DNA of 64,000 bases from Chiloscyllium plagiosum (lineage: Eukaryota). The position numbers were made by a program, and so were the translations under genes. Of this stretch, positions 1-11,650 are shown piece after piece (position 1 is the first letter of the stretch; every line of letters begins with the position of its first letter). The stretch covers positions 56,841,187 to 56,905,186 of the forward strand of contig NC_057719.1 of the NCBI RefSeq assembly GCF_004010195.1, given 5' to 3'. The notes below the pieces were generated by a model. That model saw only the letters and a list, made by a program, of their open reading frames with translations. It was not told the origin of the DNA and ran no database searches.

Positions 1-261
1 TGCATCATCCAGCTGTAATCTCACTAAAGTTCCTTTTCACTTATATCAATCTTGATATCTTGTCCTTTGTAACATTAAATAGCAAATCTTCCACAGTCAA
101 TGGGAACGTGTTAACTGCTTAATTTTTTTTGTAACAGTCCTCCACAGCATTGGAGTCATCCCAGTACAGGAGAAAGTGAGGTCTGCAGATGCTGGAGATC
201 AAAGTTGAAACTTTATTGCTGGAACAGCACAGCAGGTCAGGCAGCATCCAGGGAACAGGAG

Positions 262-297
262 ATTCGACGTTTCGGGCACAGGCCCTTCCTCAGGAAT
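262..297 (-). ncRNA. Minimal hammerhead-like motif (CUGAGGA variant)
   Basis: Reverse complement reads ATTC-CTGAGGA-A-GGGCCTGTGCCC-GAAA-CGTC-GAAT. Confidence 0.6.
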
Positions 298-512
298 GAG
301 CAGAGAGTGTTCAGCAGGAGAAGATAAAAGGTAGGGAGGAGGGACTTGGAGGAGGGGAGTTGGAAATGTCTTCTTCTTGACCTCTCCGCCTCCATCCTAC
401 TCCCACCTATCACCCTCACCTTGACCTCTTTCCACCTATCACATTTCCAACGCCCCTCCTCCAAGTCCCTCCTCCCTACCTTTTATCTTCTCCTGCTGAA
501 CACTCTCTGCTC

Positions 513-548
513 ATTCCTGAAGAAGGGCCTGTGCCCGAAACGTCGAAT
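513..548 (+). ncRNA. Minimal type I hammerhead ribozyme-like motif in a Penelope-like repeat
   Basis: AUUC-CUGAAGA-A-GGGC(CUGU)GCCC-GAAA-CG-UC-GAAU: both core boxes, 4-bp stem I, 4-bp stem II, palindromic ACGU in place of stem III, GUC triplet. Activity is untested. Confidence 0.65.
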
Positions 549-2021
549 CTCCTGTTCCCTGGATGCTGCCTGACCTGCTGTGCTGTTCCAGCAATAAAGT
601 TTCAACTTTGATATCCAAATGAATCCAACAAGAACTGGACCAAGCATATGTGGTACTCATAATCTTCTTCATCCTAAGTATACGCATGATTTTACTACAA
701 CTGCTAAGTATTTCATCAGTAATATTTTCAGCAACATAACACAAAACATCGCAGATAAGAAAAACTGCAGCATATTAACATGCCAAATTTCCCCTAAAGT
801 AAATGCATTAAAATTCCATCAAATTTGACAATATTGTTATGTATTTGGCTTTAAGGGGTTAACACGTAGGGGGTTCCATACAACAGCCAAGCAGGGTGAG
901 ATCAATAGTTGTGATGTTGAGAAGATATGCTCTTCTTCATTAGGGTAAATAAAACCACAGAAAGTAGACAAAATCAAACACAAAATATTGCTGAGGAAAG
1001 GAGTGAACAAAGACAGAAATGGGAACTATTTAAATGTAAATCTATGATTCGCTCCAGTAATAATATCTAACAATATTCAATATCTAGGATCATACCAAAA
1101 GAGTACTTTGAAGTATTAAAGGGATTTTCTGCTATCTAGTGATCTCTGAGGCATGAAGTTTCCCTTTCTTGATATGTGCAAGATCAAGACAAACACTAGG
1201 CATACAGTAACAGTGATATCACCGCAGGGAGTTGGCAGCCAATTACACTGAAGTATTCTCAAACAGCAAATCAGAAAGTAAAATGCAGTAAAATCTTCTA
1301 CTCAATTAAAATTTCCACAGAGTAAATACAAATCATCAGTGATACACATGGGATTAAAGTAGCTGAAATATCATAACTTTTTTTTAAATTTGAAAAAAAC
1401 ATTATTGCCATAATAATGGCAAAAAAGCATCCCAGTGATATAACATTAGATTTCTATGAGTAACTATTGAGTTATTAAAATTAAATTGCATTTATATAGT
1501 AACTGTTATGGCCACAGAAAGATCCAAAATGCTTTACAGCCAATAAAGTACTTTGGAAGTACAGTCAGTGTTGACACATAGCAGGCAATTTACATGTAGC
1601 AAGCTCCCACAAAAAGAAATGCTGTACTAATTATTGAAAAAATATTGACTATGACACCTGGAACAACTTTCTCATCAGTGGTGAGGTTCTGGAACCCACG
1701 AGTTCAAAGGGTAATACAGGCAAAAACCATAATCACATTAAAACATGCGGTGGAACAGTCAATGGGTTTAGGAATCAAAATTTGGAGAGTGGGATTAGTG
1801 TGACGAGGTATTCATCGACTGGTATGGACATAATGTGCCAGACGACTACCTTCTGTGCATGAAATCTTACTGTGTTTTCTATGTATCTATAACTCTTATT
1901 AAAAATAGTGCCATTGGCTCTTCTATGTCTACATTAGAGGACAGACAGGCCTTCACTTAGTAGGCTCTCGTCAAAAAGATAGCAGCTTAAATCTTCCAAC
2001 TTCCCTCACTGGATTGGAATG

Positions 2022-2365
2022 TGTTGCTGGAAAAGCGCAGCAGGTCAGGCAGCATCCAGGGAACAGGAGAATCGACGTTTCGGGCATAAACCCTTCTTCA
2101 GGAATGAGGAAAGTTTGTCCAGCAGGCTAAGATAAAAGGTAGGGAGGAGGGACTTGGGGGAGGGGCGTCGGAAATGTGATAGGTGGAAAGAGGTCAAGGT
2201 GAGGGTGATAGGCCAGACTGGGGTGGGGGCGGAGAGGTCGGGAAGAAGATTGCAGGTTAGGAAGGCGGTGCTGAGTTCGATGGATTTGACTGAGACAAGG
2301 TGGGAGGAGGGGAAATGAAATTTTCAGCTCTGATCTCCAGCATCTGCAGACCTCACTTTCTCCTA
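2022..2365. mobile_element. Penelope-like terminal fragment (related subfamily) with an inverted end piece
   Basis: Similar to 169-369 and ends in the oppositely oriented terminus ctcactttctcct; hammerhead-like core at 2070-2105 (-). Confidence 0.75.
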
Positions 2366-2990
2366 GCCATAGTGAAGCCACACAGTGTCTAACTCAATGA
2401 CTCGTCTCTGGTAAATACGAACGTTGTTGATCTCCTCTTGTGTTGAAATCAGAAACAGACATGAAGGTGACAATTGGAAGCCACCCACCCTGCACTGAGA
2501 CTGAAGCCAGCCGTCTCTGGTTTGATGTTTTCAAGAAAGACCTTTATATCTGCGATGGGAAGATTTGGGTGTCAATCTTACAAGGTAATGCAACAATATC
2601 ATTAAGGTAGAGATGGATTGTTTGTAGTGCCACCCCTCAGTGAAGTTGTTAATGAATAAATAGAATACATAAAGAAAGAAAGTCACATTTGTATGAACCT
2701 CAGCAAGGCTCATTACGGTCAATGAAATTTTTTTTACTCAGCCAATGAAACAGGGCACAATAAGCTCCCACAAACAGCAATATGATAGTTGCCAAGTGAC
2801 CTGCTTTTGCAATGTTGATTGGTCAGGACTCCAGGGTTAACTCCCTTACTATTCTTTAAAATTGTGCTATGGTATCTTCTCCCTCCACTTGAGAGGATAG
2901 AATCATAGAATCCCTACAGTGTGGAAACAGGCCCTTCAGCTCAACAAATCCACACCAATCTTCTGAAGATCCATTCCCCTATCCTATTAT

Positions 2991-3166
2991 CCTCTTTCCA
3001 CCTATCACATTTCCAACGCCCCTCCTCCAAGTCCCTCCTCCCTACCTTTTATCTTCTCCTGCTGAACACTCTCTGCTCATTCCTGAAGAAGGGCCTGTGC
3101 CCGAAACGTCGAATCTCCTGTTCCCTGGATGCTGCCTGACCTGCTGTGCTGTTCCAGCAATAAAGT
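2991..3166 (+). repeat. 176-bp perfect direct repeat of 425-600 (Penelope-like pseudo-LTR)
   Basis: Base-by-base comparison by eye found no mismatch. Confidence 0.9.
3079..3114 (+). ncRNA. Minimal hammerhead-like motif identical to 513-548
   Basis: Identical sequence inside the 176-bp direct repeat. Confidence 0.65.
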
Positions 3167-3356
3167 CATCCTAGTACATCCTTACTGAGAAATAGAACGA
3201 TGAAACCTGAACAACATATTGTTCAAGTTGCTCCACCATTGATTTGCATCTGTCTTTACCAAGAAATAAGATCCCACCCAGGTCCAGTGGAAGAAGAAGA
3301 AGAAATACAGTTGCTAGAATCATTTAACATTGCTCAGGAAGTGGTATTGATTAGAC

Positions 3357-3962
3357 CAGGGGTGGGGAACCTGCGGCCTTATTGTGTGTGGCCTTTTGAA
3401 TGAATCCAAATTTTGCAGAACAAATCTTTTATTTTTTATTAATATGTTTTTTTTCCTACAAAAAGCAGTTAACTTTAGATTAGATTACTTACAGTGTAGA
3501 AACAGGCCCTTTGGCCCAACAGGTCCACACCGACCCACCGAAGCACGACCCATCCACACCCATTCCCCTACATTTACTCCTTCACCTAATACTACGGGCA
3601 ATTTAGCATGGCCAATTCACCTAACCTGCACATTTTTGGACTGTGGGAGGAAACCAGAGCACCCGGAGGAAACCCACGCAGACACGGGGAGAATGTGCAA
3701 ACTCCACACAGTCAGTCGCCTGAGGCAGGAATTGAACCCGGGTCTCTGGCACTGTGAGGCAGCAGTGCTAACCACTGTGCCACCATGCCGCCCATCAATT
3801 AATTTAGAGTTAACATTTTTTTTAGTTAGTACATAGTAGTTAGATTTTTACAAAATAATGTGATTTTTGAAGAATATATAATTGAAGTTTCTAGGATGCA
3901 GCCTTATTAGGTTACAAATAACATAATGCAGCCTTCCAACATGAAAAGGTTCCCCACCTCTG
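3357..3962. mobile_element. Non-autonomous hAT-type DNA transposon (MITE) containing a nested SINE
   Basis: TIRs caggggtggggaacct / aggttccccacctctg; perfect 8-bp TSD gattagac at 3349-3356 and 3963-3970. Confidence 0.85.
3476..3793 (-). mobile_element. Full-length tRNA-derived SINE (shark HE1/V-SINE-like)
   Basis: On the minus strand: A-box-like tggcacagtggtt, B-box ggttcaattcc, central core gggtttcctccgggtgctc, CR1-like tail and (taatc)n end. Confidence 0.85.
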
Positions 3963-5079
3963 GATTAGACTGTCTGCACTAAATTTGACAAGGCACCAGG
4001 ACCAGACTAAAATGGTTGCTAAAGATCACATGATTTCTAAGTTGGAAATAATTCCAGACACTTAAAGTAGAGAAGGATAAACCAGCATATAACCAAAATT
4101 CATCTGATTTGTGCAGAGTTCTTAATTGTACATTTCTGATCCTTGCTGTCAAAGAATCTAAACTCCTGGTAATAGCACAGCCACACACCAGGCTAATTAT
4201 AAACCTAATTTTGCCTTGGACCATTGATATGTAGATTAGGCAGACTGGCTATGTTAAATTGTCCACGGAGTCCAGGGATGTGCAGGCTAAATGGATTAGC
4301 CATGGGAAATGAAAGGCTACAGGGATAGAATAGTGGGGTTGTTCAGGATGGTATGTTCTCTGGAGGGTTAGTGTGGACTTGGTGGTCAAATGGCCTGCTT
4401 CCATACTAAAAAGGAATTCTATGATTCATAGAACAGCAGCAGCTCTCTCGATCTACAGCTAAGGCTGCCTCAAATTCAAGTTTGTTTGCAATCTGGTTCT
4501 GCAAAACATAATGTATTTATTTGCTCAACAAACCTATTCTCTGTATACCAAGATAATCTTGCTGTACCATCATTAAAACACACCTGAAATCCCTGCTGTC
4601 AGCCATTTGAACATGTATGAATCTGAACACCTCAAGGAATCCTCACTGGAATTTGATTCATGTAACACAATCTCTACAATTTTGGTTTTAATGTTCACAG
4701 CTGTAAAATACTTTCTCTGTCCTGATTTTTTCTTGTGTGCACATGAAATCCACCCCAAGTTTAAATGTGAATAAATAATATGCTTAATTTAAACTTAAGA
4801 GTTTGCTGTGTATTACTTTCAAACTGACACCACTAAAAAGGGGTTTGAAAACATATCACAGACAACTTACAAGTTAAACCATTCTGCTTTTGGACCGAAG
4901 GTGATGAAAAAATAGAGCACAATCTATCTGTCTTCCCTGTCTGTAACAACCAGTTTTTCAAATGTTGTTAGTTCAGGAAAAACAACTTTCTTGCACCTGC
5001 TGACAGTTTATGGGTGAAAGTATTCTACATTAAAAATACTTGCATCTTTAAGAAAATAGCATATCCGTGTATGCACTTT

Positions 5080-7070
5080 TTAATATAAAGAAAGATTAGA
5101 CAGGGAAGCCTTTTAACATGTAGCATGGGCAGAAGACTCACTGGTTGAAAAAAAAGTGTGCGCATAAGCAGTTCTTCAGATTGTCAGGATGTGATAAAAA
5201 TGGGGTCTGTGCTGCGCCTCAATTTAGATGAGGGGTTGAAAGGCATAGTGGCTAAATTTGCAGATAACTGAAAGATATGGTGAAATGACATAACAAAGAC
5301 GCAAATCAATATAAAGATGTTAACTGAGTGGGTAAAAATCTGGCAGATGCTGTGTCATGCCGAAAAATGTGAAGTTGTTTACTTTGAAGGAAGAACAAAC
5401 AGGTAGATAGGGAATATCTCCAGAATTTAAAGGGATTTAGGTGTATGAATCACAAAAGGTTAGTATGTAGGCACAGTATAATCAGGAAGGCTAATGTGAA
5501 GTCAGCTTTATTACGAAAGGAGTTGAACGCAACTGGAAGGATATTATGCTTTAATTAAACATGGCATTGGTGTGACCACATGACAAATACTGTGTGCAAT
5601 TTATTAAAGGAAGAATGTCAATGCATGGAGGCGGTTCAGAAGAGGTTAACTAGGTTGTCACCTGGAATGAACCTGTTACCTTATGATGAAAGATTGGACA
5701 GGATGATTAAAGACTTAACAGCCATCTAGATTTGTCTAACACATCGTATGAGTTTGATCTTTTACTTATAAATTCTGTGTCCTATGTACCTGCCCCACTA
5801 GCTACTTGATAAAGGAGCAGCGCTCCAAAAGCTTGTACTTTCAAATAAACCTGTTGGACTATAACCTGGTGTGTGATTTTTAAAAAAACTTTGTTCCAAC
5901 CCCAGTCCAACACTGGCATCTCCACATCAAACAGCAATGGTCCCAAAACAGATCCTTGCGGAACACCGCTAGTGACGGCACTCCATGAAGAAACTTTGCC
6001 ATCAACTACTACCCTCTGTCTTCTTCCATCCAGCCAATTCCTAATCCAAACCTCCAACTCACCCTCAATGCCATATCTCCGTATTTTCTGCAGTAGCCTA
6101 CCATTTAGAATGGATGGCTTTGAGTGGAAAAAGTAGAATGGATGGCTTTGAGGTATGTAGAGAAGAGGTGTTGGAAATCCTGGAAAAGGTGAAAATAGAT
6201 AAGTCCCCTGGGCCTGATGGCATTTATCCTAGGATTCTCTGGGAAGAAAGGGAGGAGATTGCAGAGCCATTGGCCTTGATTTTTATGTCCTCTTTGTCTA
6301 CAGGCTGTTGGACTATAACCTGGTGTGTGATTTTTAAAAAAACTTTGTTCCAACCCCAGTCCAACACTGGCATCTCCACATCAAAACTCCAGACAGTTGC
6401 TTGAGCATGGAATTGAACCCGAGCCCCTGATGCTGTGAGGTAGCAGTGCTAACTACTGAGCTGCCGAGCTGCCCTAGGGAGCCATGAACCTTTGGAACAT
6501 GGCCTCAGAAAGCGGTAGTGGTGGGGTCATTAAATATTTTGAAGCCGGAGGTGGATAGATACTTATTAGGCAAAGGATTCGGTTGTTGTTGGGGATTAAT
6601 GGGAATGTGGAATTTGAAACACAAATCAATTAGCCAGGATCTTACTGAATGGATGAGCCAGCTTCAAGTATGAATCGCGTATTTCTATTCCTAATTTGAA
6701 TGTTCATACATATGTAAAAGTAAGAATTGACTTGGTTGAAATGTACAAGATCCTGAGGGGTCTTGACATCATAGATGGAAAAGACACATCTTGTTATGGG
6801 GGAATCTAGAATTAGGGGTCACAATTAAAAAATAAGGGGCTGCCCATTTAAAATAGGTGAAATATTTTTCCAAAGAGGGACATGGATCTTTGGAATTGAA
6901 TCAGGGTATTCAAACATTTTTAAGGCAGTGGTAATTGATTCTTGGTAAGGAAGGGACTGAAAGGTTATCAAGGATAGGCAAGAAATTGATCTGAGGTTAC
7001 ACAGAGCTCAGTCATGACTGTATTATATGACAGAACAGGCCTGCCGAATTGTTGACTCCTGCACCTTGTT
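5080..7070 (+). mobile_element. Old degraded CR1 LINE RT/3' remnants interrupted by Penelope-tail, CR1 and SINE pieces
   Basis: Degenerate KFAD and WQM motifs near 5250-5370; younger CR1 pieces at 5932-6104 (-, [13 protein letters not shown]) and 6106-6304 (+, [13 protein letters not shown]). Confidence 0.65.
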
Positions 7071-8452
7071 TGTACACTTGTAGTTTTGTGTCTTGGTCTG
7101 AAGAAAGCGAGAAGCAAGATTAAGACATAAATTTAAGGGAGCAGCTAAAAGTAAGGAATTATTGAAACACTCAGTCGTTTCAGGGAAATTTCTTCAACAT
7201 AGCAAATAATGTTGGTGAGCTGCTGGTGCAGATAGCCATGGGGCAACATGATGTTGTGGCATTAACGGAGACCTGGTTCAAGGAAGGGCAGGACTGGGTA
7301 CAAAACAGTCCTGGATATAATTAGTATAGTGAATACAGGGGAAGAGTGAAAGAAGATAGATGTCAGTATTCATTAAAATGAAACACTGCAGTGCTGGATA
7401 AAGATACCCAGATAATTAAAGGATGAATATTCTATTTGTATAGAATATAGAAACAATAAAAGATATTGTAGAAAGTTTGTAGAAGAATAAACAATCAAGA
7501 ACATTACAGAGACGTACAAGAGTGATTCTAATGAAAATCATTAAATATAACAGAAAATGTAAATAGATAATCTATTAGACTGGCAACTGACATGCATTTT
7601 AATTGTTCTTGATTTGTAGGAAGCAGATGAGAATGTATTTATTGTTTACTCATAAGTCTATCATGAATTAGCCATCGTGTCGAATTAGGCAAGTGCATAG
7701 AGAACTGCGTGCCAAAGAAGTCAATCCACATGTTCCCCACCAGAAACCTTGGATGAACCAGAAAATCCACTGCCAACTCAAGACCACACATGCACCATTC
7801 AAGTCAGACGACACAGATCTTTACAGAAAATCCAGAAATTACCTCCACAAGGCCATTAGAAATGCCAAGAAGCAATACCAGACCAAGTTAGAAGCCCAAA
7901 CTAATCACAGGAACACCCACCACCTGTGGCAAGGCCAACATAACAAAATGGGATACAAAATGAAGCAGAACAAAATAGGAGAAAAAGAACAGATATCTCT
8001 CTGATGCGCTTAATGCTTTTTACACTTGGTTCGAACAGCATGCCAACAGAATGGTGTCACTTGTCCTGATAGCACTGGATGCACCCGTTCCCTTCATCAC
8101 CGCTGCAAAACGTCAGATCAATCTTCTTAAGAGGAGCCCGAGGAAAGCAACTGGCCCAGATGGAGTCCCTGGTCGTGCACTCTGATCCTGTGTGGACCAG
8201 CTGATGGGAGGATTTGCCGACAACTTTAATCTCTCCGTGTTACAAGCCAAAGTTTCCACCTGCTTCAACAAGATCACTATCATCCCAGTATCAAAGAAAA
8301 CACATGTAACGTGCCTCAACCACTACTGCCCAATGGCTCTGACCTCCATAATTATGAATTACTTTGAGACGTTTGTCATGGCTCACATCAACTATAGTCT
8401 CCCAGCCTGCCTCAATCCCTTGCAATTTGTCTACAGGCACTACAGTTATACA

Positions 8453-8945
8453 GTCAGAGAAAATGTACAGTATGGAAACAGACCATTCGGTCCAACCCAT
8501 CCATGCTGACCAGATATCCTAACCTAATCCAGTCCCATTTGCCAGCACCTGGCCCATATTCCTCTAAACCCTTACTCTTGATATACCCATCCAGATGCCT
8601 TTTAAATGTTGTATTTGTACCAGCCTCCACCAGTTCTTCTGGCAGCTCATTCCATACATGCACCACCCTGTGTGTGAAAAGGTTGCCCCTTAGGTCCTTT
8701 TTATATCTTTTCCCTGGGGTCGGGGAGTGCAGAACTAGAGGACATAGTTTAGGGTGAGAGGGGAAAGACTTTGTCTATTTCTCCTATCTATGCTCCTCAT
8801 GATTTTATAAACCTCTATAAGGTCACTCCTCAGCCTCTGATGCTCCAGGAAAACAGCCCTGGCCTATTCAGCCTCTACCTATATCTCAAATCCTCCATCC
8901 CTGGCAACATCCTTGTAAATCTTTTCTGAACCCTTTCAAGTTTCT
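8453..8945 (-). mobile_element. CR1 LINE 3' fragment
   Basis: VWNELPEELVEAGT...FKRHLD ORF2 C-terminus plus the 3' tail. Confidence 0.85.
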
Positions 8946-9340
8946 GGATTACGTTTGCTCGCTGAGCTGGAAGGTTCATTTCCAGACGTTTTGTCACACT
9001 ACTAGGTAACATCTTCAGTGGGCCTCCAGAAAAGCACAGTTGACGATTCCTGCTTTCTATTTACATGTTTGGGTTTCTTTGGATTGGTGTTGTCATTTCC
9101 TATTCTTTTTCTCAGGGGGTGGTAGATGGGGTCTAACACAATGTGTTTGTTGATAGTGTTCTGGTTGGAATGCCAGGTTTCTAGGAATTCTCGTGTGTCT
9201 CTCCGTTTGGCTTGTCCTAGGATGGATGTATTGTCCCAGTCGAAGTGGTGTCCTTCCTTATCTGTATGTAAGGATACTAGTGAGAGAGGGTCATGTCGTT
9301 TTGTTGATGTTCATGTATCCTGGTGGTTAGTTTTCTGCCT
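8946..9340 (-). mobile_element. Penelope-like GIY-YIG C-terminal fragment (separate family)
   Basis: Minus-strand reading TRIHEHQ...HHFDWDNTSILGQAK...EFLETWHS; degenerate hammerhead-like core near 8982-9022. Confidence 0.65.
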
Positions 9341-9609
9341 GTTGGTGGTATGGGGATACAGGCACACACCCAGCAACCAGAGAGGTTAATCTTCAGTGTG
9401 TAAATGTGAGTCATATGAAGAAAAGGCTTTAACTTGCAAATCTCTTACGACCAAGTTCATTATGCTACCTCTTCTATCCACTTCATGCCTAGTCAGTGTA
9501 AGTGAAGAAATGAGGAGCGTAGAGATAGTTTGTGGTTTTAGATGGCCTGAAGTTGTGTGACTTCTGACTTTGTCCACCCCGGTCCAACACCAGCACCTCC
9601 ACATTGTGG

Positions 9610-11265
9610 CTAAATGGGACAGACTTTAAACAGATCTAGCAACTCAAGACTGGCCATCCATGAGGCACTGCACGCCACCAACAGCAGCAGAATTGTACTC
9701 CAGCACAACTTGCAACATCATGGACTGGCATATCCCTCACTCAACTATTACTATCAACTAGGGGATAACCCTGGCTCAATGGAGTGTGTGGGAAGGCATG
9801 CCAGCAGCAGCTCCAGGCATAACTTAAAATGAGGTGTCAACCTGGTGAAGCTACCAAACAGGACTACTTCCATGTAAAACAGCTTCAGCAGTAAGTGATA
9901 GACAGAGCTAAGCAATACCTAAACCAAAGGATCATCTCCAAGCTCTGCAGTCCTGCTACATCCAGTCATGAATAGTAATGGACAACGTAATAACACATTA
10001 AAGGAGGGGGATCCACAAGTATTCCATCCTCAATGTGGAAGAGCCCAGCACAGCAGCGCAAAAGATAAGACGGAAGCATTCGCAGCAATCTTTAGCCAAC
10101 AATGATCCATCTGAGCCTCCTCCAGTGGTCCTCAGCATTACAGATACCAGTCTTCAGCCACGATTGCACGCAATATTAAGGAATGGTTGGTGGCACTGGA
10201 TATTGCAAAGGCTATGGGCCCTGACAACATTCTATGAATAATACTTAAGACTTGTGCTCTAGAACTTGCTGCACCTCTAGCCAAGCTGTTGCAGTAGAGT
10301 TACAACACTGGCATTTACCAAATGTGACAAGTTGTCTCAGTATACCCTGTACACAAAAAGCAGGACATATCCAATTCGGCCAATTACCGCAACATTAGTC
10401 TACTCTCCGTCATCAGAAAAGTGATGGAAGATTCCATGAACAGCGCTATTAAACAGTATCTATTCAGCAAAAACCTGCTCAGTTACGCCCAGTTTGGGTT
10501 CGGCCAAGGCCATTCAGCTCCTGGACCCCATTACAGACTTGATTCAAATATGGACAAAAGAGGTGAATTCCAGAGGTGAGGAGAAGTGCGAGTGATAGCC
10601 CTTGACATCAAAGCCACATTCAACTGAGTGTGGCATCAGGAAGCCCTAGCAAAACTGAAATCAATGGATATGAGGGAGCAAACTCTCTACTGGTTGGGGT
10701 TATACCTGGCAGACAGGAAGATGGCTGTTGTTGGAGTAAGTTATCTCAGCTCCAGGACATCTCTGCAGGAGTTCCTCAAGATGGTGTCCTAAGCCTAACC
10801 ATCTTTAGCTGATTTATCAATGGCCTTCCTTCCATCATAAGGTTAGAAGTGAGGATGTTTGCCAAGGATTGCACAATGTTCAGCACCATTCGTGATTCCT
10901 CTGGTACTGAAGCAGTCCTTGTTCAAATGCAGCAGGATCTGGATAGTATCCAGGCTTGGGTTGACAAGTGACAAGTAATATTCCACACAAATACCAAGCA
11001 ATGATCATCTTAAATAAGAGGCAGTCTAACCACACCCTCTTGACATTCATCACTGAATCCCCCATTTTCAATATTCTTAGGGTTATCATTGACGAGAAAT
11101 GTAACCGGACTCCACTCATCTCTCACCTCATTATATCTTCTTGCTGGGTTAAAATCCTGAAACACTGGCCCTAATAGCCATGTGGATGGCCTTACACCCT
11201 CAGACTTCTGTTCATCACTTCCTCTGACTACTGCAAATAGAGATGAGCAATAAGCAATGGCTTAG
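9610..11265 (+). mobile_element. Older CR1/L2-clade LINE, degraded RT and 3' tail
   Basis: ANYRNISLLS, ALDIKA and AGVPQDGVL motifs with stops and frameshifts. Related remnants near 21470-22500, 24100-24830 (-) and 48240-49800. Confidence 0.65.
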
Positions 11266-11269
11266 CCAT

Positions 11270-11650
11270 TGGAGAGGCAACCTGATAGAAGTTCATAAAA
11301 TAATGAAACATGTAGACAGAGTTAATGGTAATTGTCTTTTCCCTAGGATGGGGGATTTCAAGACTAGGGGGCACATTATTAAGCTGAGAGGAGAGAGATT
11401 TAAAAAAGACAAGACAAGCAACATTTTTACACAGAGGGTGGTTCACGCGTGGAATGAACTTCTGGAAGAAGTGGCAGACGTGGGTACAATTACAACTTTT
11501 AAAAGACATTTAAATAGGTCCACGAGGTGGAAAGGTTTGTAAGGATAAAGGCCAGGAGCAGGCAGGTGGGACTAGTTTAGTTTGGGATTACGTTTGGCAT
11601 TGACTCTTTCGACCGAAGGGTCTGTTTCCATGCTGTATGACTCTATGACT
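11270..11650 (+). mobile_element. CR1 LINE 3' end
   Basis: GNLIEVHKIM...TRGH...FTQRVVHAWNEL followed by the ctatgact tail. Confidence 0.85.

Larger units (their letters stand above)
169..616. mobile_element. Penelope-like element terminal (pseudo-LTR) sequence present as an inverted pair
   Basis: ~194-369 is the near-perfect reverse complement of ~441-616. A closely related terminus is attached to GIY-YIG coding remnants at 20222-21040 and 50398-51337. Confidence 0.8.

Noticed and set aside
1480..2895. Deu-domain (SacSINE1-like) SINE remnants at ~1480-1990, ~2730-2895 and ~38180-38520
   Set aside because: The resemblance is plausible, but they are too degraded to name or delimit without alignment.
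237..3139. Three similar small ORFs ending CPKRRISCSLDAA as a peptide family
   Set aside because: They are translations of the same non-coding Penelope terminal repeat.
3700..3793. tRNA gene
   Set aside because: The A/B boxes belong to a SINE head that continues into the SINE core and tail; the same applies near 6400-6470, 13810, 29185-29235 and 47930.
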